A stretch of DNA of 62,827 nucleotides, filler included, from Nemertoderma westbladi (lineage: Eukaryota > Animalia > Xenacoelomorpha), in NCBI GenBank assembly GCA_032718475.1. It is 3 parts of 3 records of this genome, joined end to end, with 100 filler letters (N's around TTAATTAATTAA, not from the genome) between each part and the next. Parts side by side here need not be neighbours in the genome. Positions count along the whole stretch, not along the records: positions 26,300 to 48,377 come from JAUCBJ010003403.1; 2 more parts are not named here. One strand, given 5' to 3'. The translations under genes were made by a program, and so were the position numbers. The notes under the pieces were generated by a model that was given only the letters and a program-made list of their open reading frames with translations, was not told the origin of the DNA and did not search any database. This document shows positions 33,891 through 46,045 of this stretch, one piece after another (position 1 is the first letter of the stretch; every line of letters starts with the position of its first letter).

Positions 33891-34841
33891 CATTTTCCAC
33901 CAAAGTAAATAAATTCGTAACTACATTTATATATTTGTTTTCCTCCTATCTGACTGTTTGTTTACTGTACTTGTTTAGTGTACCGTACTAACTCCAGTAC
34001 CCCTATTAGTATTACAGTTACAGTACTTGTACAAGTGTGCTAAAACTAAAAAAAATATTTGTGTTTTTAAATGATCCCAGCAAATTTAGATATTTATACA
34101 CCATGTCCTGGAATATAGTGTCGTTATTCAAGTACCTCAGTACCAAATTTTTTTACAAATCGTAATGAGATTGCATGAAATATGAAACAGAGATAGTTTC
34201 ACCTCCCTCCTCCTTGCTGGGTGAGCCAGAATTTTTATTTTCGCTTTCATTATTTAGCTACAAGCGTTTGAAAAAGGTGTCTCCGTCGATATTGCACCAG
34301 TTACACTGCAGTTATTCTTCAAACATTTAGTGATTTGTTGGTACTAGTAGAAAGCTGACCGCGTGCAAGGATTCCAAATATGTAAAAATATTTGAATTTG
34401 GTTGGGAAATAGCTGAGTTATTGGCATTCGAATTTTGCATGTATTAGCTTCCACTGAGGGTCATTTATTCTATTAATAAATATACAATGTTCTAGAACAT
34501 TTTGTTTATCTCATAAATAGCTTGGCAGCAATGCAATGCCTACATGATAATACTAGTATATGGATATTCATACATAATCAAAATGTTCTAGAACATTGTG
34601 TGTATATTGGTAGGAAATAGAGCGAATAAGGTGAGTAGATTTTTAAAATTAGGTGGGTGGGTGGAGGGATTATTACCCATCCCCACATCGACACAATGTT
34701 ACGTCGCATTCTCAGAGGCGGGGTGACTTTCGACGCAATAAAAGTTATCGGCTGTTATTTGCGTTGATTTCCCCTAGAGAGGGATAAATTTTGATCAAGA
34801 GTCTCCCCATCTGTACAACAAACAAGACTTAGAATGGAGTG

Positions 34842-36414
34842 AACTTAGAAAGGCTGCTGCAAAGAGCATTAAGACCAATCGTGCCAGTGGAGTAGGTGGT
34901 GTTCCCCCTGAGGTCTTTAAAATACCTGAGAGTTTAAAGCTCATTTATCCCATCATGGTAGACATGTACCGAACAACAAGAGTCCCACAAGAAATGAAAA
35001 CAAATAAGTTGGTGCCAGTTCCCAAGAAGGGCAACGTAACACTCTATGGTTCTTTTCGGGGAATCTCATTGATCTCGATTGCTGCAAAGCTATACAATAG
35101 AATTCTATTAAATCGCATCATGGATCCCATTGAGAGACTGCTCCGTGTAAATCAGAATGGGTTCCGTAAAGGTCGTGGGACCATGGAGCCCATTTTGGCA
35201 CTTAGAAGGATAATTGAAGAGTTATAAAAAAAGAAAGACAGGTATCTGGCTGTTATCTTTGTTGACTTCTTCAAGGCATTTGATTCAGTCTCTCGCTCAC
35301 GTATGTTCAGCATACTTTCATTATATGGGATTCCTGATGAAATTATTGCAGCAATCAGATCAGTATACGATGGTTCGACAACATTTGTCTCTACTGTTGA
35401 CGGCGACACAGAACCATTTGAAGTGTTATGGGGCGTCCTCCAGGGAGACACACTTGCACCATTCTTGTTCATAATTGTGTTGACTATGTTCTACGCATGT
35501 CCTTAGATCATCATAATGATGATGGGGTGATGATAACTCCACCTACTGGCTCCAGAAGTCGATGAAATCCTGCCAAGTACCTAACTGATCTATACTTTGC
35601 TGATGACTTAGGAATCACTAGAGGGAGCCCAACGGCTCCTCAGCTCATTAGAACATGCTGCTTCTAGTGTTGGTCTTTTTATTAACTCCAGAAAGACCAA
35701 AATTTTGACAGTTAACTTTGAATGTCCTCAGCAAGTCTCTGATCGGATGAGCATAAGCTCAAAAGATGGTATGCTTGAGAGCATGTGGACGACTTCTGTT
35801 ACCTGGGATCATGGATCCGGAAGTCAGATGAGGACCTTCGAATACGTAAGGGAAAGGCATGGGCAGCCTTGAATAGGCTTTCCAGGATTTGGATGTCACC
35901 GAGAATTAATCAGAAACTTAAGGTCCGATTATTTAGAGCAGCAGTAGTTCCCGTACTCCTCTATGGGAGTCCATGCTGGTCTCTAACTGCTGATGACACC
36001 AAATCTCTGGATGACACATTCACAAGAATGCTACGCCGGGTTCATTGTGTCAAGTACAATGCACACATCTCCAACCAGACACTATATAACATTGGAGGTG
36101 TCTCATTGGTTCCCCCAAGCTTGAGACTAGAACAAAATCGCCTCCGCTTTGCAGGACATTGCTTTCGCCGTGAGGACCAGCCAGTGCATAATCTTGTACT
36201 TTGGCAGCCTCATGGAGTGAATAAGCATGGTGGACAGCCCATGACTTTCTTGAGACGCATCTTAAAGGACACTGGCCTTGAAGATACGGATGATCTAGCA
36301 AATGTCATGGATGATAGGGAGTTGTGGCGGCACAATTTTGTCGACAAGCCGGCACAGCATTCTTAATAATGCAGCTGCAATGCAGCATGCCGATCCTAGT
36401 AGTAGTAGTAGTAG
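34842..36414 (+). mobile_element. RTE-clade LINE, 5'-truncated and decayed (RT plus C-terminus, (TAG)n tail)
   Basis: VPVPKKG..FRGISL..QNGFR, FVDFFKAFDS, GVLQGDTLAPFLF, YFADD, FCYLGS, LLYGS, RLRFAGHCFR. Stops and frameshifts present. TSD TAGAATG[G/A]AGTG at 34830-34841 and 36415-36426. Confidence 0.9.
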
Positions 36415-37260
36415 TAGAATGAAGTGTCTCACTCAATTAAATTACCGTTAACAATATTACGCCTAATAGTAATCAGGTTGCACCGCAGATATTTTTCATC
36501 TTTTTTATGAGCTGTTGAGGCTACCAATGGAAAGGGAAAGGGACACTAAAATGGTTACCAAAATGCGCTACCATTTTGACATGCTAATAAGTTTGTCGGA
36601 TTTAAAGCTGTCAAGTTTAAAATTTGTAGGCATCAATTAGGATTTTTTAATTATTTTTTAAAGACTTACAGACACCATCAGTTCAACAGTCTCCCGCTAG
36701 AGGGTTACTTCTTCAAACAATATAACATATCATCCTATTTCTTTGCTTTTAATCCATTCAAGCTTTAACATGGCACATTTTTATTAGACCATTAACTATG
36801 TCATTCAAAGGACGCTCAGACGTCTCCAGTTCTCTAGTCTGCCACTAGAGGGCGAAATGTCTGACGGTTAGATCCTTGAACCATTGCGTTATGTATGATC
36901 CGTTCAATCTGAAACTTGTTAGATATGGGTTAGAACACATCCTGTATCTTATTTCGAGGAAGGTGATTCATCTTCAGTTCTTCAGTCTGCCGCTAGAGGG
37001 CGAAAAGTTTGCAAGTGAAAACCTTCCACCGCTTCCGTGATTTGCTGAAAATTTATCTTATGTAGGCCAACTGAAAACTGGCTGTTACTTTGTGGGACGG
37101 TACTCTACTCCATCTAAAAGTGAAAACCTTCTCATTTCGTTATTTGTGTATTCGTTCAAGCTGAAACTTGGCAACTATACATGCTAGACCATACATAGAT
37201 TATTGATAGTAACAATGTGTTGGCAAGCTGTATTTTTCGAGGTGTTTGTTATTATGCATT

Positions 37261-37524
37261 TATTATAGGAAGGGATCTAGGGGTCTTAACCTCGAATGAT
37301 AAGTTTATTTTACCGAAAATAACTTATATTTTATTGGCGCAATTGTAGGACTAATCCCATCACATGCGTACTTTTCGTACGATTCCTAAATTTGTACACT
37401 ACCCGGTTAAAAAGTACGCATGTGATGGGATTAGTCCTACAATTGCGCCAATAAAAGATAAGTTATTTTCGGTAAAATAAACTTATCATTCGAGGTTAAG
37501 ACCCCTAGATCCCTTCCTATAATA
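37261..37524. mobile_element. Fold-back MITE: 115-bp near-perfect inverted arms around a 34-bp spacer
   Basis: 37261-37375 is the reverse complement of 37410-37524, with one mismatch. A related half copy lies at about 50700-50793. Confidence 0.88.
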
Positions 37525-38535
37525 GACCATACATAGGCATTGGCTGTGTCATGCTGGAACTGTAATCCTTTAGTAGTTCTCCAGTTTACCGCTAGTGGGC
37601 TGAAATTAAAACAATTTAGAAATGTTTGAAAGAAAACACCCACAGCCATTTCGTATTATTGTTTATAATCCTTTCTTCCTGATTATTACCTATAATACCT
37701 GGCACATATATTCTAGACCTCAGACTGAGTTTTTTTGAGGTCTTAAACCGACTGCAGTTTACCCAGTCTGCCTCAGGTGGTAAAGTGATTATGGAACATC
37801 TGCTTAGATTTTGCTTACAATTCTTCCGAGTAGACACTTAACGTAAGTTTATGTCACGTGCTGCACAAAGTCCCACTTCGTGTACTGTATAAGACCGTTG
37901 ACAGAAGCTAAAACAGTCATTGCGTTCACACCCTATGTTAAAAAGAGTTAATTTCGCAAAAAATGACCACAATCACCAACTATATGTGTTTAGAGGTTTT
38001 AAAAATTTATTAATACCAAAACAAAAATAGAAACTTTAATATTTAACTTTTAAGGTTAATTCCGAAGGACAATTTTCATGAACGAATCTCCACATTATTT
38101 CAACTTAGGAAATAGGGAGTCATATTAACTGTGGCACAACTTAGGCTCGTTATGACCACCCTAAACGCAACGATGACATGGTTAAGGGACACATAAGTTC
38201 AAATAATTCCTGCGAATTCATTGATTGTCTGAGCTCAGCCGAAACAAGTACACATAATTTTTTTGAACTAGCTGGAATACACGCCTTCGCGGGCGGGTAA
38301 CTGTAATCAGCATAATGTATCTTAGCGGTTTATAAAAGAGTTTGTAGCTGAGTCTCACTGTTTAATTATGATGTACTGGAACATAGTGGAGCTTTATTGG
38401 CTTTCAAACCAACTTTATATATTTTTATTACACTGAAAAGAGAAAACCTGGTATTCTTCACATGGGCAATTTGCGCCATTAATTGGTTCAAAAAGAAACA
38501 TAATTTGTATAAATAAAAATGCGTTTCTTTTACAG

Positions 38536-40064
38536 GTTGCCCAGATAACGTGCGAAAATTATTCGCAATGAAGGGAAAATTCATCGAGGGTAGTGTGGTT
38601 CCCCCATTGGGTGGCGTTGTGGTCACTGTGACTCCTTCCCGATTGGACGCGGGCGACTCGGTTGCTATGGTGACCACGGGTCCCGACGGGGTCTTCCGGG
38701 TGGGCCCCTTCTACGGCAACACCAAGTACAACGTGACCGCGACCAAAGATAACTACGTGATAACGTCTGTTCTAGAAGGTTCGGGAGCGGAGAACACAAC
38801 CTGGAGGTTCGAGGCGGTTAAAATGTCGTCGATACGGGTGAGAGTGGTGGAGCAGGGAGTGAAGGGGAGTGATGGAGTGAAGGGGAGTGATGGAGTGAAG
38901 GGGAGTGATGGAGTGGAGGGGAGTGATGGAGTGAAGGGGGGTGATGGAGTGAAGGGGAGTGATGGAGTAAACGAGACTGGGGTGATTGACAGCATTCCGG
39001 GTAGTTTAATATCGCTTAGCGGCCGCGGGGGTTACCGTAGTAACAGTTTCGTCGGCACCGACGGCGTCGTGGTCTTCCCGTCTCTGGTCCCCGGTACCTA
39101 CTTCCTCATGGCGCTACTCAAGGAGTTCGCCTTCGAGCCCTCCAGTTTGACCATCGAACTGCTCCAGGGAGAGACCCGCACGGTGACGGTTACCGGGCAA
39201 CGGGTCGCCTACAGCTGCTACGGGAACACGGTGTCGCTGAACGGGCAGCCGGAGGGGGGCGTGGTGGTCGGGGCCGAGGGTTTGGGGGTGGTTGGAGGGG
39301 GCCAAGGGGGCCCCGACGGGGGGCAGGGGGGCCCCGACGGGGGGCGCTGCACCGAACAAGAACAGGCGCCTAGCGACCCCGTCACCGGGGAGTTCCGCAT
39401 CCGAGGTCTGCGACCCGGTTGTATCTACAGGGTGGGACTCGCCAACCAGTCCAACCCCACCGTGGAGCGCTCCCTCACCAATCCGGTAGACGTTCCCATG
39501 ACCACCGAGGATGCGCTTGGGTTGCGTTTCGTCGTGATGCGACGGATTCCAACAACCAGCGTCACCGTCTACATCGACACCAAGCAGGAATTCCTATCGA
39601 GTCTGAAACTCGTTATTTACCGAAGCGACAACGATTTAGAGGCTATTCACTCGGTCTCCGTTAAAGTCCCATTCGTTCATCTCCCTCCGCTTAGCAATTC
39701 CCAGTCGCATTCCTATATAGTCCGAATGGATTCGAGTCTATCCAAACAGCAGTACTCCTACCGTACCGGGAGTCGGGAGTTCTCCGCCGAGGGCGGACAC
39801 CGACATCTGACGATGGAGTTCTCGCCGAGCCCGAGGGAGTCCGGCGTCGTTACCGAACTGTCGCAGGCGCCGTCGTTGCTCGTGTCCGCGTTGTTCGCGG
39901 GGATTGTAGGCGCGTTGTATCTGCTGCGATATCAACCCAACGCGGTGGGCAGGGCGCGGGAACTCTTGGTGGGTTACTACGGGCGGGTCACGGTGCCCCA
40001 CCCCGGGGCCAAGCCGGAGGATAGCGCCCAGTCGAGGGCTCGGGTTAGGACTAGGAAGGTTTAA
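38536..40064 (+). CDS. NOMO1: NOMO exon 2 (Ig-like repeats, TM helix, basic cytosolic tail); spliced product about 1236 aa
   Basis: Acceptor TTTCTTTTACAG at 38535 joins in frame (G|GT TGC CCA = GCP). Motifs FIEGSVVPPLGGV, SLSG..GYRSN, L.PG.YF...LKEFAFEPS, RVAYSCYG..VSLNGQPE, GEFRIRGLRPGC. Confidence 0.93.
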
Positions 40065-41108
40065 TTAGTTGGGTAATTGTAGTGGTTCCCTCAGTTTAGT
40101 AGATATGTCAGTCCGGAGGCGTCCAATAGGCCCGGCACAGAAAGGCTGATTGAAAAAGTTCAATGTTGTTACATTACGTCAACTTAACCAGCTCCTAGTG
40201 ATATACTTATATATACTAGTCACGCTAAAAAGTGCCACTGATAATTTTCATTCAATCTTAATTTGAGTTGCCGGTGTGATAAATATTTGGTCTTGTGATC
40301 CGGACTATCAGACTGCGACCCTTTAAAGCAAAGTCTATCAGTTGCTGTGCAATCAAATCAAACTCTAACATTAATCGCATTATGTTTAATTTCCAATCAT
40401 TTCAGTTCACTGGTCTGTGTTGAACTTTTGCTTGATTCGTGTGAACTTTTCATAAATTATATATTTATATTAACTATATTATTATAATCGCAATATTATA
40501 ATAATTTTAATATAAATGTATCATTATAAATTATGCAAAAAATAATTAGTTTACAAACATTTTGTAATGATATGGTTGTTGGTTGCAATTCGTAATATGT
40601 GTTACTAATAATTTATTTACAGTATTTTTCCGGTGGTTATTGTTTTTCTTAACAGTTTGTAAGTAAGTAGCTGTCTAGCTTTCAAATTTTGCCATATTTT
40701 AGATGATTTTTTTATTGCATTAATTTCAGTAAGTTATTCCTTTTATTGTTGTCATTAAATTGATACCCGATATTTATATGACTAGTAATGACAAAGCAAT
40801 TGTTGATTGTTCCTCAGTTTTTATTTCTAGAATAAATTACGGCATTTATTACCTAAGGTTAAGACGCTTCAACTTTAATAATGATAAATACACTAATAAA
40901 GGTGATCCCCAGCTACCAACAGCGGCAGTTCACTCTAAGAAACCTCCTTTTACACGAGTTTCCCTCGCTCTGTAACGTAACATAAATTCATCCACTCGTC
41001 CACTGCACTATTGCCATCTCTGGCATTATGTAGACTCTGTCCATGTGTTTATGATAAAGTTAAGTGTTAGTTTGTGGTTTGGACATAGTTTTCTAACTAG
41101 GACTGACT

Positions 41109-41421
41109 CATTGAGGTGTCTCATTGGTTCCCCCAAGCTTGACACTAGAACAAAATCGCCTCCGCTTTGTAGGACATTGCTTTCGCCGTGAGGACCAGCC
41201 AGTGTATAATCTTGTACTTTGGCAGCCTCATGGAGTGAATAAGCATGGTGGACAGCCCATGACTTTCTTGAGACGCATCTTAAAGGACACTGGCCTTGAA
41301 GATGCGGATGATCTAGCAAATGTCATGGGTGATAGGGAGTTGTGGCGGTGCAATTTTGTTGACAAGCCGGCACAGCATTCTTAATAATGCAGCTGCAATG
41401 CAGCATGCCGATACTAGTAGT
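41109..41421 (+). mobile_element. 3' fragment of the same RTE LINE family
   Basis: Near-identical to about 36092-36402. TSD TAGGACTGACT at 41098-41108 and 41422-41432. Confidence 0.92.
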
Positions 41422-41588
41422 TAGGACTGACTGCTTTAGCAATTATACAAGACGAATTAGAATTAAAACTAATTAGAATTCCGTACTGTGTTTGTTTGTT
41501 TCAATACTGCTTTGTTGGCTTTGGCTACCTGCTACCAGCTGCTGTAAAGTGGAAATGCACCAATTATACGCTATCTGCGTAATAATAA

Positions 41589-43076
41589 TTAGTCTGTGAA
41601 ATGAAAAATCAGCATAGTGAAATCCATAACGTTAGTACCGGTGAGTCCAGTAGAAACCAGTTCCCTCCCGCCCCGAAAACTCGAGTAAAATCCATAGCTA
41701 TCGTTGTTCCTTATATACTCGTCGACTTTATATCCCGCTCGCATCGCCTCCCCGTACATCACGGAGTCCGCGAAGGCACCGGCGGCTGGGGTAGGCCCGT
41801 CCTGCCCGTCTGTACCCACAGCGGTAACCAACGCGTATACCGGTAGTCGGTGCCGGTAAGTCGTGAACATAAGTTTGGATGTTATGAGCGCCAACTCTTG
41901 GTTTCTCCCGCCTACTCCGTCGCCTTTAATATTGGCCGTAGTTTCCCCCCCAAATAAAAGAATAAACGAAGAATGTTTTTGGCTGAAGTCCACAACTCGC
42001 TTTGTAATTATTTCAACGTTTTCTCTAGTCGTAAATGATGAAAGAATTGCTTTTATACTATTTATGGTTGAAGAATAGAACGGATTAGCTATTAATTCGT
42101 ATACCATGTTAATAATATTAATTAATCTTTCAGCAACCGCATGCGTATCGCCTTCTAATGTACGTGTCACAATTATTGATTGATAGCCAAGTTTCTCTGA
42201 ACTTTCAGCAGCTGCATTAAGGGCTGTTTCATTAGAACCAATGATTACGTTTTTAACGTGTTCAAAACCTTTATTATTGGTGTCTCCAGTGTTATTATTA
42301 TAGATATGTAATCGAACACTCTCCGGTATTGTGTCTCGAGCGTTGAATTTTTCGATAACTTTCTGGCCGTCTGAATGAGTCGGCGAGTTGGAGCTCGTCG
42401 GCCCGCTAGCGATGGTAGCTAAATCGTTGCCGATCACATCCGAAATTATGAGAGTCAAACATTCACAGGGATAGGCCAATTGGGCAAGTTTCCCGCCTTT
42501 AACTTTTGATAGATTCGAACGAACTATATTTAAATCGTGAATATCGCAACCGCTTCTGGTAAGAACTCGGATCGTTTTGATTTTATCCTCCAAACTAATT
42601 CCGTCGACCGGTAACGATAGAAGAGCCGAACCTCCCCCAGATACGAGTACTATAAGAAGGTCGTTGTAGGTTAAACCTGAAACCATATTGTAAATAATAG
42701 TTGCGGCTTCCACAGACTCATCATCCGGCTGATTATTAAAAGCTCCTCGTAAAATCTGGATGCGTTTCGGGTTGTAATTTTCAGTGTTTGACGAGGATAA
42801 AGTTTTTGGCACTATAGCGTATCCCTTCACGATGTTTGGCCCCAATTTACTTTCAATAGCTGCGCACATGCCATACACGGCCTTACCGAAAGCCGCTACA
42901 TATATATCGCGATTTCTAGAATAAACCAGATTGTTTACGGTGAACCTATCATTTTCCACACGTATGGCGTTGTTAACTAATGTTTCGGGGTTTACAGAAT
43001 TACAAGCTGCTTTGAATATTTGGAGTGCAGCTTTTCGAGTTGTACCGAACACAGCGGCATGAGCTACGCTGGCCAT
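41589..43076 (-). CDS. GLYCTK: Glycerate kinase (MOFRL family), intronless CDS, 495 aa
   Basis: AFGKAVYGM, LVSGGGSALL, LSKVKGGKLA, IISDVIGNDLATIASGPT, GGETT...GVGGRNQEL, GTDGQDGPT.AAGA, TGLTGTNVMD. Confidence 0.95.
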   Translation of the reverse strand: MASVAHAAVFGTTRKAALQIFKAACNSVNPETLVNNAIRVENDRFTVNNLVYSRNRDIYVAAFGKAVYGMCAAIESKLGPNIVKGYAIVPKTLSSSNTENYNPKRIQILRGAFNNQPDDESVEAATIIYNMVSGLTYNDLLIVLVSGGGSALLSLPVDGISLEDKIKTIRVLTRSGCDIHDLNIVRSNLSKVKGGKLAQLAYPCECLTLIISDVIGNDLATIASGPTSSNSPTHSDGQKVIEKFNARDTIPESVRLHIYNNNTGDTNNKGFEHVKNVIIGSNETALNAAAESSEKLGYQSIIVTRTLEGDTHAVAERLINIINMVYELIANPFYSSTINSIKAILSSFTTRENVEIITKRVVDFSQKHSSFILLFGGETTANIKGDGVGGRNQELALITSKLMFTTYRHRLPVYALVTAVGTDGQDGPTPAAGAFADSVMYGEAMRAGYKVDEYIRNNDSYGFYSSFRGGRELVSTGLTGTNVMDFTMLIFHFTD

Positions 43077-43795
43077 CTCAGAGTGTTAATAATAAATAAA
43101 GTTTCGACATAATTATTGGAGATTATTGCCAGTCATATTCCAATAATATCCGAGATTACTTTCTTAGATTATTAGATAGTTAATAGTTTTAATTAGGACT
43201 GAGGCGAGGGTTGACCACTAAACTAAAACTTAGCCAACTAAAAAATCAATTAAATTAAAATATATTAAATTAAAACAACACCATTCTGCCAATCTGACTT
43301 CAAGATAGATAGAAAACTGAGGACAAGACTAGGAACAGAGCAACCAGCAGCAAATTTCAGGGGAAAAAATAGTATTTTAATACAGTAATAGCAATATGCC
43401 TTTATTACAGCAGCTATATCAGTATTATTGTTAATGTTGTATTGCTGTATTGTTGCCGCTTGCAGGCTAATAATTTACTGCAACTGCAGTGCAGCCTGCA
43501 GGACTGATTTGATGTACTTAGTACTGGCATATGGCGATAGCAGAGGAGGCTGCCAACAGCTACAATCCAGCAATCTATACAGAGTAGACTGACTTTGAAT
43601 AACTCTGTCGTAACTAACCCAGTAACTGCTGAACTGGGTAACATTACCAGATCACCGACCAGCTAAATTCAACATAGAGCCTTGCAGCCAGGCCAGAGGT
43701 TTATAAAATAGATACCGGTAGACTGGTAGATATCATATCATATAGAGGGGTTGATAAATTGAGTCGTTGAGTTGAGAGTAGAGCTGTAGAGCGTC

Positions 43796-44709
43796 ATGGA
43801 GAGTTTATTAGAGCAGCAACGGAGATGCCATGAGGAGAGAGAACGATATATGGAGGCGATGGTCAAAGAGTTCATGACTAAAAAAACTACGCATTCCGAG
43901 CAGATTAACTCGGACCATCGGATCCGATACCTTCGGGACTGCTACTCCGACACATCGGCGAAACTCGCACAGATATATCTGGACCAAGACGGCTCGAGAC
44001 GCGAGGAATTCCGAGCGATCGGTGGCCCAAACGAGTCGGCGGAATTCCAACGCCGGCTGCGGGACATTCGAGAGTTCCACAGACGCCATCCGGGAGAGAT
44101 CCAAGTCCCGCTGTCCGTGGAGTTTGATCGGTTGAACGTGGCGGGCGCGGGGGAAGCGAACGAAGAGGCTGTTAGTCTCGTTCAGTTTACCGACGAGGAA
44201 GGCTACGGGAAGTATCTGGACCTCACGGAATGCCATACAAACTATATGAACATCAAGGGTTTACCCCGGATTGATTACATAACGTATCTTACAGTGTTTG
44301 ACAGGTTATTCGAAGTTTCTAAGAGTGATAAAGGTGCGGAATACAGGAAGTATTTGGAAGGTTTACAGGAGTATTTAGAGGGTTTTATCGATCGTGTGAC
44401 GCCTTTGTTGGACTTAGAGGAGGTTTACCGGGGTATAGAGGCGGGTTTCAATGAGTCCTGGGCGACGGGTACCTTTCCCGGGTGGGCGGACACCGCCGGT
44501 ACCGAGACCGCCAACCGTGTCGATTTGTCCACTTATCGGTCCCCCGAGGAACTCGCCTCGTTAGGTTTGGATCAACTGAAGGCGCATCTCAGCAACCTCG
44601 GTATGAAGTGCGGTGGAACGTTAGAGGAACGCGCCCAACGGTTGTTCCTCACTCCTTGAATTCCTTAGATCCGTCGTTGTTTACTAGAAGGAGGGTCGCT
44701 GGCTCCCAA
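43796..44709 (+). CDS. SF3A3: Splicing factor 3A subunit 3 (Prp9/SF3a60), exon 1, with a frameshift near 44652
   Basis: MESLLEQQRRCHEERER, FTDEEGYGKYLDL, GTFPGW, LGMKCGGTLEERAQRLF. The homologous SLNSLDPSLF continues in a shifted frame to the donor CAA/GTGAGT at 44709/44710. Confidence 0.88.
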
Positions 44710-44824
44710 GTGAGTTACTTTACTAGAATATTAATAAAATCAAATATTACGCGAAACCCCGAAATATAATTAATGTTGGGTTCAGTCGATTACTCCCAAA
44801 AATACTTAAAGTGTAACCTGGGCC

Positions 44825-46045
44825 TAGGGCTGGCAATCCCGGAGGGTTATTGAAATCCCGGGATTCCGGGATCAGAAATGGTCCAATCCCGGGATCCCGG
44901 GATTAATCCCGGGATTTAGAATTTCAGGAATAATGTAGGTGAAAAAATACTTGTGTCAATTAATAGCAATGAATTTCCTTTTTTTAATATTAATATTAGG
45001 TATCTATTACTGATACTGATACTGTTAAAGTAGTTAACTAAAGTTAACTAATATACAGTAGTTAACCTATAGTTAACTATTATACTGTAGTTAACAAACA
45101 GTTAATAAACAGTAGTTAATCGTTAACAATTGTTCGACATTCTTCAGCGAATTTCTTAATATGCGAACTGACTGAATTATGTGAAATTGGCAAGGTGTAT
45201 CCAGACCTTTGAAAAAGACAACGTAAATCACACGATGTCTCAAACACAGAAAATGGAAGGCCATCCACTGCCTGACTGCTATTAATCTAGGTAGTACTGC
45301 ATTGAGTGAATATTCCTTGGACCCAAAGTAGTTGTCGATTGTTAAAGTTTTTTGAATAGGCCTTGCTTTATTAGTAGATTTAACCTGAGCTTCAGTAATA
45401 TCAGCGGTGTCGTTTTCATTGGAATTGGTGGTAATCTTCTTTTTAAGAAGGTTGGTATTATGCACGGATTTTAGGTGCGTGTGTAGACCTTTTGTAGATC
45501 CGCCACCACACTTTATTAACTTGTTACACGGTGAATCACATACTTGAAATATACACTTAGCTACATCCCCGTGTCTAAGGAAGTTCTGCCATACTCCTTC
45601 AGATTTGAAATGTGTAAACTGTCCATCTGCCATTGTTATTATTTATAGAGGCCAACTCAAATTACCGGTAAAGGACCGGTACAACTAAACTACTGTAAGT
45701 ATCAGTATCAGAAGCCTATGTCATTGCAAAGACAGGTGCGTCCTACTACCACTCAGCCAGTACTGGCCGGTACCGGTATGCATGCACAGTCCATCACATC
45801 CGGTATAGTTTCAGTTTGGCCCTATTGTAACAGTGTTACTGGTTTAGGCCTAGCCCTACCTACATGGACATTAATAATGACATTATTGTCACGATATACT
45901 GTATTAAATTGTTACTGTCAACCTGTGGAAATGCTTTAACCAAAATCCCGGGATTTTTGTTCTTGAATCCCGGGATTTCGGGATTGCATTTTATTCCGGG
46001 ATCCCGGGATCCCGGAATCCCGGGATCCCGGGATTGCCAGCCCTA
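44825..46045 (-). mobile_element. Internally deleted hAT DNA transposon in the SF3A3 intron
   Basis: TIRs TAGGGCTGGCAATCCCGG. Perfect 8-bp TSD CCTGGGCC (44817-44824, 46046-46053). Clustered ATCCCGGGA subterminal repeats at both ends. Confidence 0.93.
45091..45633 (-). pseudogene. Truncated hAT transposase N-terminus (BED zinc finger)
   Basis: VWQNF....AKC....C...C.K.IK..GGSTKGLHTHLKSVH. The frame breaks down afterwards and there is no DDE domain. Confidence 0.85.

Noticed and set aside
41589-43076. Horizontal transfer of glycerate kinase from bacteria because it is intronless
   Set aside because: The motifs (e.g. GTDGQDGPT, FGKAV.GM) fit animal GLYCTK, and the neighbouring genes are equally intron-poor. 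A phylogeny would be needed to claim otherwise.
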